A stretch of DNA of 64,000 nt from positions 18,731 to 82,730 of the forward strand of contig CAXGWC010000004.1 in assembly GCA_964013425.1 (NCBI GenBank), given 5' to 3'. The notes under the pieces are model-generated. The model worked only from the letters and a program-made list of their open reading frames with translations, was not told where the DNA came from and made no database searches. Both the position numbers and the translations under genes were made by a program. This stretch comes from an uncultured Candidatus Poseidoniales archaeon (GTDB lineage Archaea > Thermoplasmatota > Poseidoniia > Poseidoniales > Thalassarchaeaceae). Shown here one piece after another: positions 15,997 to 25,696 of the stretch (the first letter of the stretch is position 1; each line of letters begins with the position of its first letter).

Positions 15997-16896
15997 ATGG
16001 CAGGAGTCAGAGAGTACTCGGACATTGATCGTTCATGGACCACATTCTCACTGGTCGGAATCGTACTCACTCTGTCCTTGATTTTGATCTATGTAGGAAA
16101 TGGTTTTTCTGACAATTCAATTTCCAGCATATCCTCGTCTGAAAAACTTTCAACTCCAGGGATTGCTGTGTTTAGGGCAATCGTATCTCTGGTATGCTTT
16201 TCCACTATCGCATCAATAATACTGGATCCAAGGGGAATGACCTACAACCTTCTGGACTATGAGACAAAATTGTATGGTCCGAAGTGGATTACTGGAACGA
16301 CAAGAATGTCTGCATTTACGATGTGGAGCTTCACATTAATGGGAGCCTACTTTGCTGTTTCATCATACTCCTCCTGGTCTGTTCACTATGGTTGGGAACT
16401 GGGAGAATGGGCGGTATGGTTAGTACCCGCTCTTTTCTCCTCTACGATAGCATCGGCATTTCTAGTGACAGTTACTGTCACCTACATGCTGATACCTGAA
16501 GCCAATGAGAGAGGGGATAATATCGCCCATTATTTCAAGTGGGATAGTCAGCTTATGCACAATGGGAATGTAATCTTCATCCTCATTGAAATGGCGGTTT
16601 CCGATATTTCATTAAGTCTGTGGTATGCTCCTTATCCAGTAATATTCGGTTGTATTTACGTCCTTTTCTCGGCATTCAATGCCAGAAGGTCGGGCATCTA
16701 CTTCTACGATTTCATAGATCCGAGATTGAACGGTTCTCACATTATTCATATGGTTCTTCTGGGAGTGATGACAATGCACTTCATTCTAGCATTTACAATA
16801 CAGGGTTTAGCTGAACTAAGCTTCACTGGTTATGTAGTTACATTGGTTTTAATAAGCTATCTGGCCACCACATTTAGTAACCCCTCAGAGAAGTGA
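15997..16896 (+). CDS. Polytopic membrane protein, possibly FAR-17a/AIG1-like (ADTRP family)
   Basis: 299 aa with about 6 TM helices. MSAFTMWSF, QLMHNGNVIFILIEM and GIYFYDFIDP parallel, as I recall them, human AIG1 KFLTFIDL, NHGMHTTVLPFILIEM and GMWVYPFLEHI. The assignment is from memory of the family only. Confidence 0.45.
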   Translation: MAGVREYSDIDRSWTTFSLVGIVLTLSLILIYVGNGFSDNSISSISSSEKLSTPGIAVFRAIVSLVCFSTIASIILDPRGMTYNLLDYETKLYGPKWITGTTRMSAFTMWSFTLMGAYFAVSSYSSWSVHYGWELGEWAVWLVPALFSSTIASAFLVTVTVTYMLIPEANERGDNIAHYFKWDSQLMHNGNVIFILIEMAVSDISLSLWYAPYPVIFGCIYVLFSAFNARRSGIYFYDFIDPRLNGSHIIHMVLLGVMTMHFILAFTIQGLAELSFTGYVVTLVLISYLATTFSNPSEK

Positions 16897-17547
16897 AACT
16901 AGATCTTCAAGGGCTTCTTTTGGGTTCGACGACTTAGTCACACCACTAGCTAATAGAACTCCGCTGACGCCGAGATCGATGGCCTTCGAAACGTCAAGTC
17001 CGGACTTGATTCCTGCACCACACAGAACCATGACGTCTTCGTTGGCTTCTCTAACTGCTGATGCCGTTTCAGATACGATTTCAGGATCTGCGGATGTTAC
17101 TGAGACGTCCCCCCCGATTAGCTCGGGGGGTTCCACTGCTACATAGTTGGGCACCAATGCGGCCAGAGACTTGGCTTCGTCAATATCGGCTGCACAAGCG
17201 CATATCTCAAAATCTTCTGGCACTTGATCCAATAGCATGGCGACATGCTCGAGGCTGACCTTGTGCTCTGCATGATTTATCAAAGTCCCCTTAGCTCCCC
17301 TAGAAATAGCCGTCTCTGGCTGTAGCCAGCCCGTATTGGAGCCGAAACCTATTGGATCCAGATGCTGACACCAGATCTCGAGATCAGGTGCCGCGTCAAC
17401 TACCTTGGAGAGATCTAGAGCTGAAACGGCCGCGACTAGTCTGGCATTCGTATCGATTGACTCCATGGTTTGTGCCAGTTTCTCCGCAGATAGTCCTTGG
17501 GCGCCCTGATATGTCTTGAAATTGACGATAATTAGGGGAGTGGTCAT
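16885..17547 (-). CDS. tpiA: Triosephosphate isomerase (archaeal short type)
   Basis: MTTPLIIVNFKTYQGAQG, LINHAEHK and VAVEPPELIGG motifs. I trimmed the track ORF (to 17655) to the ATG at 17545-17547, which matches the conserved N-terminus and gives about 220 aa. Confidence 0.9.
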   Translation of the reverse strand: MTTPLIIVNFKTYQGAQGLSAEKLAQTMESIDTNARLVAAVSALDLSKVVDAAPDLEIWCQHLDPIGFGSNTGWLQPETAISRGAKGTLINHAEHKVSLEHVAMLLDQVPEDFEICACAADIDEAKSLAALVPNYVAVEPPELIGGDVSVTSADPEIVSETASAVREANEDVMVLCGAGIKSGLDVSKAIDLGVSGVLLASGVTKSSNPKEALEDLVSLL

Positions 17548-17682
17548 AGTTGTGCGAAGGCACAGGGAGATTTTAACTAGCCCCATGTTTAGGTACTGAG
17601 TTGGAGAAAATACAGGATGCCGACGAAATCCATCTCTAATACGGCCTGGATGCAACAGTCTAGATGAGGTGCCGAGGTTAGT

Positions 17683-18630
17683 CTAGTCAGCTATGATCTT
17701 GTTGGACACGTCAGAGTAAGCAGGCACTGAAGCGCCCCTGCCTACTATGCACGAATTTAGTGTTACACCCTCTCCAATATGTGCGTCCTCAAGAACTACC
17801 GAATCACTGAGTCTAGCGCCATGAGAAACTGTCGCCCCGGGTCCAATCGAGCAGTTTTCCACTAATCCTTCAGAAACTGACCCCTCTCCAAACCAATTAT
17901 TCCCCTCCCTACGTCCTGTTGAGAAACGATTGTTCAGGATACACGCGCTCGCGGCTTGGATGAAAGATGACGGAGTGCCGGCATCTACGAAGTATCCCTC
18001 GAAGACTAGTCCAGCCATCGAACCAGACTCTGCTATATCTGGGAAAACCTCCCTTTCCATGCTAAACTTTCCAGTAGGCAGAGAATTGAGAATACTCCTC
18101 TCGACAATAGAACATCCAGCATTGATTAGATTGGAAAACTCCTTTCCTCTTTCTGGTTTCTCTTGAAATCTCCTGATCATTCCAGAATCATCCAAATCGC
18201 ACACTCCGAATCGACTGGGGTCCTCAACCTTCCATAACGATAGGGTGGCCGAAGCGTCTGTTTTTTGATGATGAGAAAGAAGAGATCTGACATCTACACT
18301 TGAAATTAGGTCGCCATTCAGAATGATGACCGGTCCAGTTCCAGTTAGCATTGGAACTGCATGTGCGACAGCTCCTCCTGTTCCGAGTGGCTCCGATTCA
18401 ACAGAGAGTAAGATATCGTAGGGAGCGCTAGCCGATTCCGAAAATTGTACAATCTCATCAACCCCGTAACCGGCCGCCACCACTACCCTGTCTACCAAAT
18501 CCTCTGGAACGCATTCCACGACTCTCTCTAAGAGGGTTTTATCGAGAATACGGAGCAGTGGCTTTGCTCTTCCCTCTGTCAACGGGCGCAGTCTGGTACC
18601 CAAACCACCTGCCAGAACCAGTACGTCCAT
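17683..18630 (-). CDS. Sugar-1-phosphate nucleotidyltransferase (NDP-sugar pyrophosphorylase) with a C-terminal left-handed beta-helix
   Basis: MDVLVLAGGLGTRLRPLTEGRAKPLL is the signature G-loop. The C-terminus has hexapeptide-like repeats. The start was trimmed to the ATG at 18628-18630, because the track extension overlaps sucC upstream sequence. Confidence 0.85.
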   Translation of the reverse strand: MDVLVLAGGLGTRLRPLTEGRAKPLLRILDKTLLERVVECVPEDLVDRVVVAAGYGVDEIVQFSESASAPYDILLSVESEPLGTGGAVAHAVPMLTGTGPVIILNGDLISSVDVRSLLSHHQKTDASATLSLWKVEDPSRFGVCDLDDSGMIRRFQEKPERGKEFSNLINAGCSIVERSILNSLPTGKFSMEREVFPDIAESGSMAGLVFEGYFVDAGTPSSFIQAASACILNNRFSTGRREGNNWFGEGSVSEGLVENCSIGPGATVSHGARLSDSVVLEDAHIGEGVTLNSCIVGRGASVPAYSDVSNKIIAD

Positions 18631-18731
18631 GGTTGCGGGGAAGGGTGAAACTGTTTGAGCGCTTCGTGTTCCTGACTGAGTGTCAGCTAGCGCATCCTTC
18701 AAAGACACGGTGCGAGTGGAGGGGGCATAAC

Positions 18732-19940
18732 ATGAACATACACGAGTATCAAGCAAAGGAAATGTTCCGAGAATTCGGAGTCAGGGTCCAAGAAGGCATT
18801 CACTGCAAGAGTGTCTCTGAGGCGCTTGCAGCATATGACTCACTGGGATCTGAGATCGTCGCTGTGAAGAGCCAGATTCATGCAGGTGGAAGAGGCAAGG
18901 GCATACTGTATGATCCGAAATCTAGGGAGGAGATCATGAAGGGAGGAGTTAAAATCGCCTTTTCCAGAGAGGATGTAGAGGAATTCTCAAGAAACATTTG
19001 TGGGAATCTTCTGGTAACAAAACAGACTGGTCATGAGGGGAAGATAGTCAACAACATGTATATTGAGTCTGGTTGCGATATTGATCACGAATTCTACCTA
19101 GCTATTCTTGTGGACAGGGATAGAAAGTCTGTTCTTGTTATGGCCTCCACAGAGGGGGGAATGGACATCGAAGAAGTGGCAGAAAAGAATCCAGAAGCGA
19201 TCCATAAGATTTGGGCTGATCCTTCTCTTGGACTTCATGATGATGATTGTGCCTCACTTTCTGGCTCACTAGGACTTTCTGGAGCTTCGTCCGTTCAGAT
19301 GATTGAGATGTTGAATTCTCTTTACGCCATGTTTATTGAGAAAGACTGTTCAATGATAGAGATCAACCCCCTTGTTAGGACAAAAGATGGCTCTATGGTA
19401 GCCTTAGATGCCAAGGTGGGACTAGATGAGAATGCTAACTTCAGACATCCCTGGAGGGACGACGTGAGAGACCTCTCTGAGGAGGAGGATGTTGAGATTA
19501 GGGCAAATGACCTAGGCCTTTCTTATGTGAAACTTGATGGAAACATAGGGTGCCTGGTTAACGGCGCTGGTCTCGCTATGGCTTCCATGGATGTCATCAA
19601 GCTATACGGCGGAGAGCCAGCTAACTTCCTAGATATCGGTGGCGGTGCTACCAGAGAGTCAATCACTGCCGCGTTTCAGATTATTCTGGAGGACGAAAAT
19701 GTTGAAGGAATCTTAGTGAATATATTCGGAGGGATAATTCGATGCGATATGGTTGCGATGAGTGTCATTGAAGCTTCGAAAGAACTGGGATTGGAAGTTC
19801 CGCTGGTAGTACGCTTCTCTGGAACTAACCATGAAGAAGGAAAGGCGATACTAGATAGCGATGAAATCTCAATACACACAGTTAGCTCACTCTCAGAAGG
19901 AGCGAGGAAAATCGTGGACCTGATAGGGGGCGATAATTGA
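18732..19940 (+). CDS. sucC: Succinyl-CoA synthetase (ADP-forming) beta subunit
   Basis: [17 protein letters not shown], the ATP-grasp [12 protein letters not shown], and [18 protein letters not shown]. The start was trimmed to the ATG at 18732. Confidence 0.93.
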   Translation: MNIHEYQAKEMFREFGVRVQEGIHCKSVSEALAAYDSLGSEIVAVKSQIHAGGRGKGILYDPKSREEIMKGGVKIAFSREDVEEFSRNICGNLLVTKQTGHEGKIVNNMYIESGCDIDHEFYLAILVDRDRKSVLVMASTEGGMDIEEVAEKNPEAIHKIWADPSLGLHDDDCASLSGSLGLSGASSVQMIEMLNSLYAMFIEKDCSMIEINPLVRTKDGSMVALDAKVGLDENANFRHPWRDDVRDLSEEEDVEIRANDLGLSYVKLDGNIGCLVNGAGLAMASMDVIKLYGGEPANFLDIGGGATRESITAAFQIILEDENVEGILVNIFGGIIRCDMVAMSVIEASKELGLEVPLVVRFSGTNHEEGKAILDSDEISIHTVSSLSEGARKIVDLIGGDN

Positions 19941-20866
19941 TGGCGATCTGGATTGATGAGGAGAGTAAAATCCTGATACAGGGCATTACCGGTAAGCAAG
20001 GTACCTTTCATGGAACTAGAATGGTCAGATACAACACCAATGTCGTGGGAGGGGTCACGCCGGGCAAAGGAGGCCAAGAGGTCGATCTGGACGGTCGACG
20101 GGTACCAGTATACAACAATATGAGGGAAGCTGTATCCGAGTCTGGTGCCGATGTGAGCGCTATATACGTTCCCGCACGGTTCGCTGCTGCTGCGATTCAT
20201 GAGGCCGCAGAGGCATTCGATGAGAATGGTGGCGGACTGATTGTCTGCATCACTGAGGGAATACCAACGTTGGATATGATAAGGGCCGTAGACAAAGTCA
20301 GTGAATTCGAAAATGTCAGACTGATCGGGCCCAACTGCCCCGGCATAATATCCCCTGGATTGGATGGAGGTTGCAAGGTTGGAATAATGCCGGCATTTAT
20401 TCACAAGAAAGGTAGGATTGGGATAGTTTCAAAATCTGGAACTCTTACTTACGAGGCGGTCGCTCAGACGATGAGCGTTGACGAGGGTCAAACCACTTGC
20501 GTGGGCATTGGAGGGGACCCAGTTAGTGGTACGGGATTCATCGATTGCCTAAGCGCGTTTGAAGAGGACCCCGAGACAGTAGCAGTAGTTTTGATAGGTG
20601 AGATAGGTGGTTCTGCCGAAGAAGAGGCCGCAGAATGGGTTTCTGAGAATATGAGTAAACCAGTAATCGGATTCGTGGCTGGCTCTACTGCTCCCCCCGG
20701 GAAGAGAATGGGGCATGCAGGTGCCATAATATCAGGGGGCAAGGGAACAGCATCCGAGAAATTCGCCGCTTTTGATAAAGCAGGGATATATGTGGCCAGG
20801 GATCCTTCTGAAATCGGACAAGTACTAGTTGGGGCATTGATTGAAGCTGGATTGCGAGAGTCTTAG
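19937..20866 (+). CDS. sucD: Succinyl-CoA synthetase alpha subunit
   Basis: [32 protein letters not shown] and the phospho-His motif [14 protein letters not shown] overlap with sucC. Confidence 0.95.
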   Translation: MMAIWIDEESKILIQGITGKQGTFHGTRMVRYNTNVVGGVTPGKGGQEVDLDGRRVPVYNNMREAVSESGADVSAIYVPARFAAAAIHEAAEAFDENGGGLIVCITEGIPTLDMIRAVDKVSEFENVRLIGPNCPGIISPGLDGGCKVGIMPAFIHKKGRIGIVSKSGTLTYEAVAQTMSVDEGQTTCVGIGGDPVSGTGFIDCLSAFEEDPETVAVVLIGEIGGSAEEEAAEWVSENMSKPVIGFVAGSTAPPGKRMGHAGAIISGGKGTASEKFAAFDKAGIYVARDPSEIGQVLVGALIEAGLRES

Positions 20867-20900
20867 GTGTGTGATGCCCTGCGAGTCATGAGGAAGAATC

Positions 20901-21896
20901 ATGACCGAGCTAGATTCGTTCAACGACAAGCTCCTCGAAGGGACTTCAAGGTCATTCTATCTTACTCTGAAAAGACTGCCTAAATCTGTCAAAGGACAAA
21001 TAGGCCTTCTGTACCTGTTAGCTAGAATTTCCGATACTATTGCTGACTCGGGCGAATCGGGGGGGGAAGACCTTCTTGAGCTACTGGAAGATTACAACAA
21101 TAGGGCTCAGGGACACTCCAATTCTATGCCTGATTTCTCAAATCTTTCTGATGTTCAGGAAAACCCTGCTGAGGGCCTACTACTACGAGGAGCGCATGGC
21201 CCTATTGAGCTCTTAGAGGAGGCCTCGGTAGTTGACCAGGAATTAATCAGAAGGTGCCTAGATATCATAATTAGTGGCCAGAGGATGGATTTGGAGAGAT
21301 TCCAAGATAAGGATGGCAGTGGGATTCGATCTCTGAGCAGATATGAGGAGATGGACGATTATGCATACAGGGTAGCAGGAAGTGTTGGTGAATTTTGGAC
21401 AGAAATCTGTCTAGAGCATGCATTTGAAGCTAGCGCGGAACTGAAAGAGGAGCTGATGTCGTCTGGAGTTCGTTTTGGGAAGGCTCTTCAACTAATCAAT
21501 ATCCTGAGAGATATTCCCGAGGACCTAGAGATTGGTCGTTGTTACATCCCAACCGATGACCTTGAGAAAATAGGATTGAGTCCTAATGATCTACTTCTTC
21601 CCGATAGTATCGATGCTTTCAGACCCCTGCTTGACCAATACATAGCGAGAGCCGGGGAGCACCTCGATGAGGCTGTAAGATACATACGCTTGTTACCTCA
21701 CAATCAATATCGTCTGAGGGGAGCTTGTATGATTCCTGTTATCATTGGACAGAGGACTCTTGCCTTACTCAAGACACATAACGTCCTTGATAGAAATAAC
21801 AGGGTCAAGGTATCGAGGAAGGAAATTAAGGAAATAATCAGGAAAGTGATTGTGAGTCTTCCCTTCAGGAAGATGAGCAATTCGTTGTTGGCATAA
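20901..21896 (+). CDS. Squalene/phytoene synthase family protein, squalene-synthase-like
   Basis: LEGTSRSFYLTLKRLP, the first Asp-rich motif ARISDTIAD, YAYRVAGSVGEF and QLINILRDIPEDLEIGRCYIP. Confidence 0.8.
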   Translation: MTELDSFNDKLLEGTSRSFYLTLKRLPKSVKGQIGLLYLLARISDTIADSGESGGEDLLELLEDYNNRAQGHSNSMPDFSNLSDVQENPAEGLLLRGAHGPIELLEEASVVDQELIRRCLDIIISGQRMDLERFQDKDGSGIRSLSRYEEMDDYAYRVAGSVGEFWTEICLEHAFEASAELKEELMSSGVRFGKALQLINILRDIPEDLEIGRCYIPTDDLEKIGLSPNDLLLPDSIDAFRPLLDQYIARAGEHLDEAVRYIRLLPHNQYRLRGACMIPVIIGQRTLALLKTHNVLDRNNRVKVSRKEIKEIIRKVIVSLPFRKMSNSLLA

Positions 21897-21988
21897 CATC
21901 GGCAATCACAGAAACCATGTGCTCGTAGCATAAGATACTCAACTTAGGGAGAGGTTCAATAGGGCCATGTATTCGGTCCATTACTTAG

Positions 21989-23239
21989 ATGACGAAGGCA
22001 GAGGAGGTAGGGGATTCCCCCGCAGTAGGATTCGTTTCCCAGCGAAGCGTTTCTCTCATCGACCCCGATATTGACTCCAAAGGAATTGACCGAGTCAGGG
22101 AAACTGTCGGGATGACCAGAGAGGCAGTCAGAGCGATCAGTATAACTGCACTGGAGGCCGTAAGAGAGGGCGCTCTCTTCATGGGGGTAATCGGGACAAG
22201 GGGCGAGCTGGTCAATCCTTTCGCCCACATAGATGCTCCAATTTGGTCGGAGAACGAAGTCCCAGAGAGCATTGTGGAGACTGCCTATGACTACTGCGAG
22301 GAGCTCACGAGAAGAGAGGCGGGTAACTTCTATCACTCTTTCAAATACCTTCCAGATCTTCAGAGAAGGGCTATATGCGCCTATTACGCATTCTGCAGGA
22401 GAGCAGATGACATTGCCGATGGAGATTATGTCGATTATTTCCCAGGAGGGTCCTCTGATGATCCAGAATCTATTGATTACAGAATCAGTATCGAGAGGCT
22501 TAGCTCAGGGGATCCAGTTGTAGACAGGACTTCCTACAACGAGAAGATGTCACAACTTTTCTACTACAGAAAGAAACTGTCCACTGCCTATGAAGATGTG
22601 ACATCTACTGATCCTATCTTCATAGCTTTGAAGGACACTGTTAGAAAATTTGGAATTCAGAGACAGGAGCTTGACGATATGATAAGCGGGATGGAGGATG
22701 ACTTCCACAGAAACCGCTACGAGACATTTGAGGATCTCTACGCGTACTGCTACAGAGTCGCTTCCACAGTTGGGTTGGTATGTATCGAGATTTATGGATA
22801 TGACAATCCAATGGCTGTCGAATATGCTGAAGCATGGGGGATCTACATGCAGTTGACGAATATTCTTCGAGATGTAGCCGAGGATGCCGCGAGGAACAGA
22901 ATCTACCTACCCACTGAGGATTTGGCTAGATTTGGGATTACCCCTGAGGATGTTCTTGGGGGCCCAGAGGTCGTCAACCATCCCGGATGGAGGCCGTTTG
23001 TGGAGGACTTCATTGAACAAGCCGAGAGATACCGTGAGAGGGCCTTCAAGCTATTGCCGATGCTCGATAAGGCATCGAGATATTCCCCTGCTGCAATGGC
23101 TAAGTTTTACGAGTCGATAATGGCCAAGATCAAGAAGAAGGGAGGGGATGTATTTTCTGAGAGAATACAGCTTTCAAAATCCGAGAAAATAGCTCTTGCT
23201 GGGTATGTTTATGCCAGATACAGATTCTTGGCAGTATAA
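21989..23239 (+). CDS. Squalene/phytoene synthase family protein, CrtB/HpnD-like
   Basis: YCEELTRREAGNFYHSFKYLP, AYYAFCRRADDIADG, YCYRVASTVGLVC and QLTNILRDVAEDAARNRIYLP. The conserved core starts about 90 aa into the track ORF. The ATG at 22181 (MGVIGTRG...) is an alternative start. Confidence 0.8.
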   Translation: MTKAEEVGDSPAVGFVSQRSVSLIDPDIDSKGIDRVRETVGMTREAVRAISITALEAVREGALFMGVIGTRGELVNPFAHIDAPIWSENEVPESIVETAYDYCEELTRREAGNFYHSFKYLPDLQRRAICAYYAFCRRADDIADGDYVDYFPGGSSDDPESIDYRISIERLSSGDPVVDRTSYNEKMSQLFYYRKKLSTAYEDVTSTDPIFIALKDTVRKFGIQRQELDDMISGMEDDFHRNRYETFEDLYAYCYRVASTVGLVCIEIYGYDNPMAVEYAEAWGIYMQLTNILRDVAEDAARNRIYLPTEDLARFGITPEDVLGGPEVVNHPGWRPFVEDFIEQAERYRERAFKLLPMLDKASRYSPAAMAKFYESIMAKIKKKGGDVFSERIQLSKSEKIALAGYVYARYRFLAV

Positions 23240-23304
23240 ACGAATACATCATTGATACGGCATAAAGGCGAAGGAATATTGAGTGAATCACCTGAGGCGA
23301 TAAC

Positions 23305-25074
23305 ATGAGAGTTGCGGTTCTGCTTGAGGACAGGTGCAAGCCAAATAGTAACGCATACACGTATCTTAAGAAATATTCAGCATTGTGTGACATGGAATGC
23401 ATTCAATTCAAGGGAGATAAATGTAAGATTCTAGAAACGGCCTGTCCTGTGTGCTTCAACAGAGCGAGACACTGTCCGGATAATGCAGTAATAGTCATCA
23501 ATCTACCAGAGGAGCTAGATTCTGAAATGTCCCACTGCTACGGTGAGAATAGTTTCAGACTGTTCAGACTTCCCGTTCCCAGACTGGAGCAAGTGGTAGG
23601 GATACTGGGGCCGAACGGCATGGGCAAATCTACAGCAGTCAATCTACTCTCAGGGAGCATCACCCCGAACCTAGGTGATTGGAGTAATCAAACACCGGAT
23701 TGGGATGATGTAATTACCACCTTTCCCAGGGGGGAGCTCCGGGACTATTTGGCCCTTCTATCCGAGGAAGGGGTGAGCATTGCAGTGAAACCTCAATACA
23801 TTGACAAGCTTCCTAAAATCTTCGAAGGAGAAGTCAATGAATTACTAGAAAGAGTCGATGACAGAGGAGATATTGACAAATACTCCGAAGCACTTGGAAT
23901 AATGCACATTTTGTCCAGAAAGCTAGAATCTCTTTCTGGTGGAGAGCTTCAGAGAGTGGCCCTTTGCGCGACTCTACTCAAGGAGGCTGATGTTTATTTC
24001 TTCGATGAACCGTCATCTTATCTAGACATATACGAGAGAATGAGGATGGTGAGAATTATCCAGGAACTGTCTGCTATGGGCAAGCGTGTCTTGGTCGTCG
24101 AACATGACTTGGCAATACTCGATGTCCTTTGCGATCTTCTTCACGTGGTATACGGCGAAAGGGCGGCGTATGGAATCTTTACCCCTCCTAGGACTACCAG
24201 AACGGCCATCAACGCATACCTAGATGGCTATCTTCCCGAAGAGAACGTCAGGATTAGGGACAAACCTATCAGATTCGTCAGAGGCAGAACCAGAGGCGAG
24301 GACATTGGCCTGCCAATTCTGAAATGGGGGGATATGGAAAAGAAAATGGGCGATTTCCAGCTGACGACAGGTCAAGGAGAGGTGCGATCAGCCGAGGTCA
24401 TAGGAGTTGTCGGCCCCAATGCAACTGGAAAGACGACTATGGTCAAGATGATTGCTGGTGAGCTTGAGCCTGATCAGGGTTGGTGCACGATGGAAGCCGA
24501 AGTTTCGTACAAGCCACAACATGTATCCACTGACTTCCAAGGAAGCGTCCAACTTTGGCTGGATGTGGAAATAGGGACAAAATGGAGGTCGGGAGAGTTT
24601 CATACTCAAGTCATCAGGCCTCTGCAGATTGATAAGATGCTAGATCTTGAAGCATCAAGACTATCTGGAGGAGAGTTGCAAGCCATCAGTATAGCGATTT
24701 GTCTCGGAAAGGATGCGGACCTGTATCTTCTGGATGAGCCGAGCGCACATCTGGACGCTAATGCAAGGATGGAAGCGGCCAAGGCAATTAAGAGAACTAT
24801 GGAAAGCAATGAAAAGGCGGCAATGGTGATTGATCATGATATCTACTTCGTAGACATAGTCAGTGACTCCCTGTTAGTTTTCGAGGGAGAAGGGGGCAAA
24901 CAGGGACATGCTGTTGGCCCGCTGAGTCTCAGAAAGGGGATGAATAGATTCCTATCTGGCGTGGGGGTAACATTCAGGAGAGACCACGAGTCTAAGCGCC
25001 CGAGGATAAACAAACCCGGTAGTGTAAAGGATAGGGAGCAGAAGGCCAATGGAGAGTATTTCTACTCTGACTGA
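23305..25074 (+). CDS. ABCE1 / RNase L inhibitor (ribosome recycling ATPase)
   Basis: 589 aa and collinear with archaeal ABCE1. It has the N-terminal Cys-rich domain, two Walker A motifs (GPNGMGKST, GPNATGKTT), two LSGGELQ signatures, and the C-terminal GSVKDREQKANGEYFYS. Confidence 0.95.
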   Translation: MRVAVLLEDRCKPNSNAYTYLKKYSALCDMECIQFKGDKCKILETACPVCFNRARHCPDNAVIVINLPEELDSEMSHCYGENSFRLFRLPVPRLEQVVGILGPNGMGKSTAVNLLSGSITPNLGDWSNQTPDWDDVITTFPRGELRDYLALLSEEGVSIAVKPQYIDKLPKIFEGEVNELLERVDDRGDIDKYSEALGIMHILSRKLESLSGGELQRVALCATLLKEADVYFFDEPSSYLDIYERMRMVRIIQELSAMGKRVLVVEHDLAILDVLCDLLHVVYGERAAYGIFTPPRTTRTAINAYLDGYLPEENVRIRDKPIRFVRGRTRGEDIGLPILKWGDMEKKMGDFQLTTGQGEVRSAEVIGVVGPNATGKTTMVKMIAGELEPDQGWCTMEAEVSYKPQHVSTDFQGSVQLWLDVEIGTKWRSGEFHTQVIRPLQIDKMLDLEASRLSGGELQAISIAICLGKDADLYLLDEPSAHLDANARMEAAKAIKRTMESNEKAAMVIDHDIYFVDIVSDSLLVFEGEGGKQGHAVGPLSLRKGMNRFLSGVGVTFRRDHESKRPRINKPGSVKDREQKANGEYFYSD

Positions 25075-25115
25075 AAACCCGTTGGATTATTGAAGGTGCA
25101 TGGAGGCGAAGAATT

Positions 25116-25628
25116 GTGAGTGAGGAAGAGGAAGGCCACCGAGATGAAGTTGAGATAGTCGAAGAAGACGAACTAGAGCAATTGAAAGGGAAGGTTGCTG
25201 AGCTTGAACAAGAGCTCCAGTATTATGCAGCAGATATATCAAACATCAGGCAGAAGGCCGCGAAGGACCGATCCCAAGCAATCAGATTCGGGTCATCCTC
25301 TTTGGCCAAAAAAATACTTCCACTCTTGAGTGGGATGGAGAGGGCCATCAATCAGTCAGAAGGGGGGAAGTTCGAAGGATTTCTCGAAGGGACAAAAATG
25401 ACACTAAAGGGATTCAAGACGGCCTTGGAGTCGGAAGGGGTGACACATATCGAATCTATGGGAGAGCAATTCGATCCAACTAAAATGGAGGCGGTGGCCA
25501 TGCTTCCGGCACCCGACGGGGTTAGTCCGGGGGTTGTTATTGAGGTTATTGAGGAAGGTTACATGCTTCACGAGAGAGTCCTCAGAGCATCAAGAGTTAT
25601 CGTTGCAGAATACGGCGAAAATGAATAG
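25116..25628 (+). CDS. grpE: GrpE nucleotide exchange factor
   Basis: An acidic N-terminus and coiled coil (ELEQELQYY), then GVTHIESMGEQFDPTKMEAVAM and EEGYMLHERVLRASRVIV. GTG start at 25116. Confidence 0.85.
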   Translation: MSEEEEGHRDEVEIVEEDELEQLKGKVAELEQELQYYAADISNIRQKAAKDRSQAIRFGSSSLAKKILPLLSGMERAINQSEGGKFEGFLEGTKMTLKGFKTALESEGVTHIESMGEQFDPTKMEAVAMLPAPDGVSPGVVIEVIEEGYMLHERVLRASRVIVAEYGENE

Positions 25629-25696
25629 GGTCCCGTCTAGATTAAATTGGATTTTTTCATACTATCAACTAAATATCATAATCAGCAGCGGAAGGC

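Noticed and set aside
18558-18756. Apparent 200-bp overlap of the divergent sucC and nucleotidyltransferase ORFs as given in the track
   Set aside because: Both track ORFs use the most upstream start. The conserved N-termini ([10 protein letters not shown] at 18732; MDVLVLAGG at 18630) leave a normal 101-bp divergent intergenic region. Similar spurious extensions were trimmed for tpiA (17548-17655), the DRG GTPase (30236-30598) and panE (43821-43970).
19676-20404. 242-aa minus-strand ORF spanning the sucC/sucD junction
   Set aside because: It is antisense to two highly conserved genes and has no recognisable motifs. I applied the same reasoning to the other long antisense ORFs: 45666-46295, 50122-50472, 51566-52042, 55031-55501, 58585-59154, 21956-22336 and 11935-12303.
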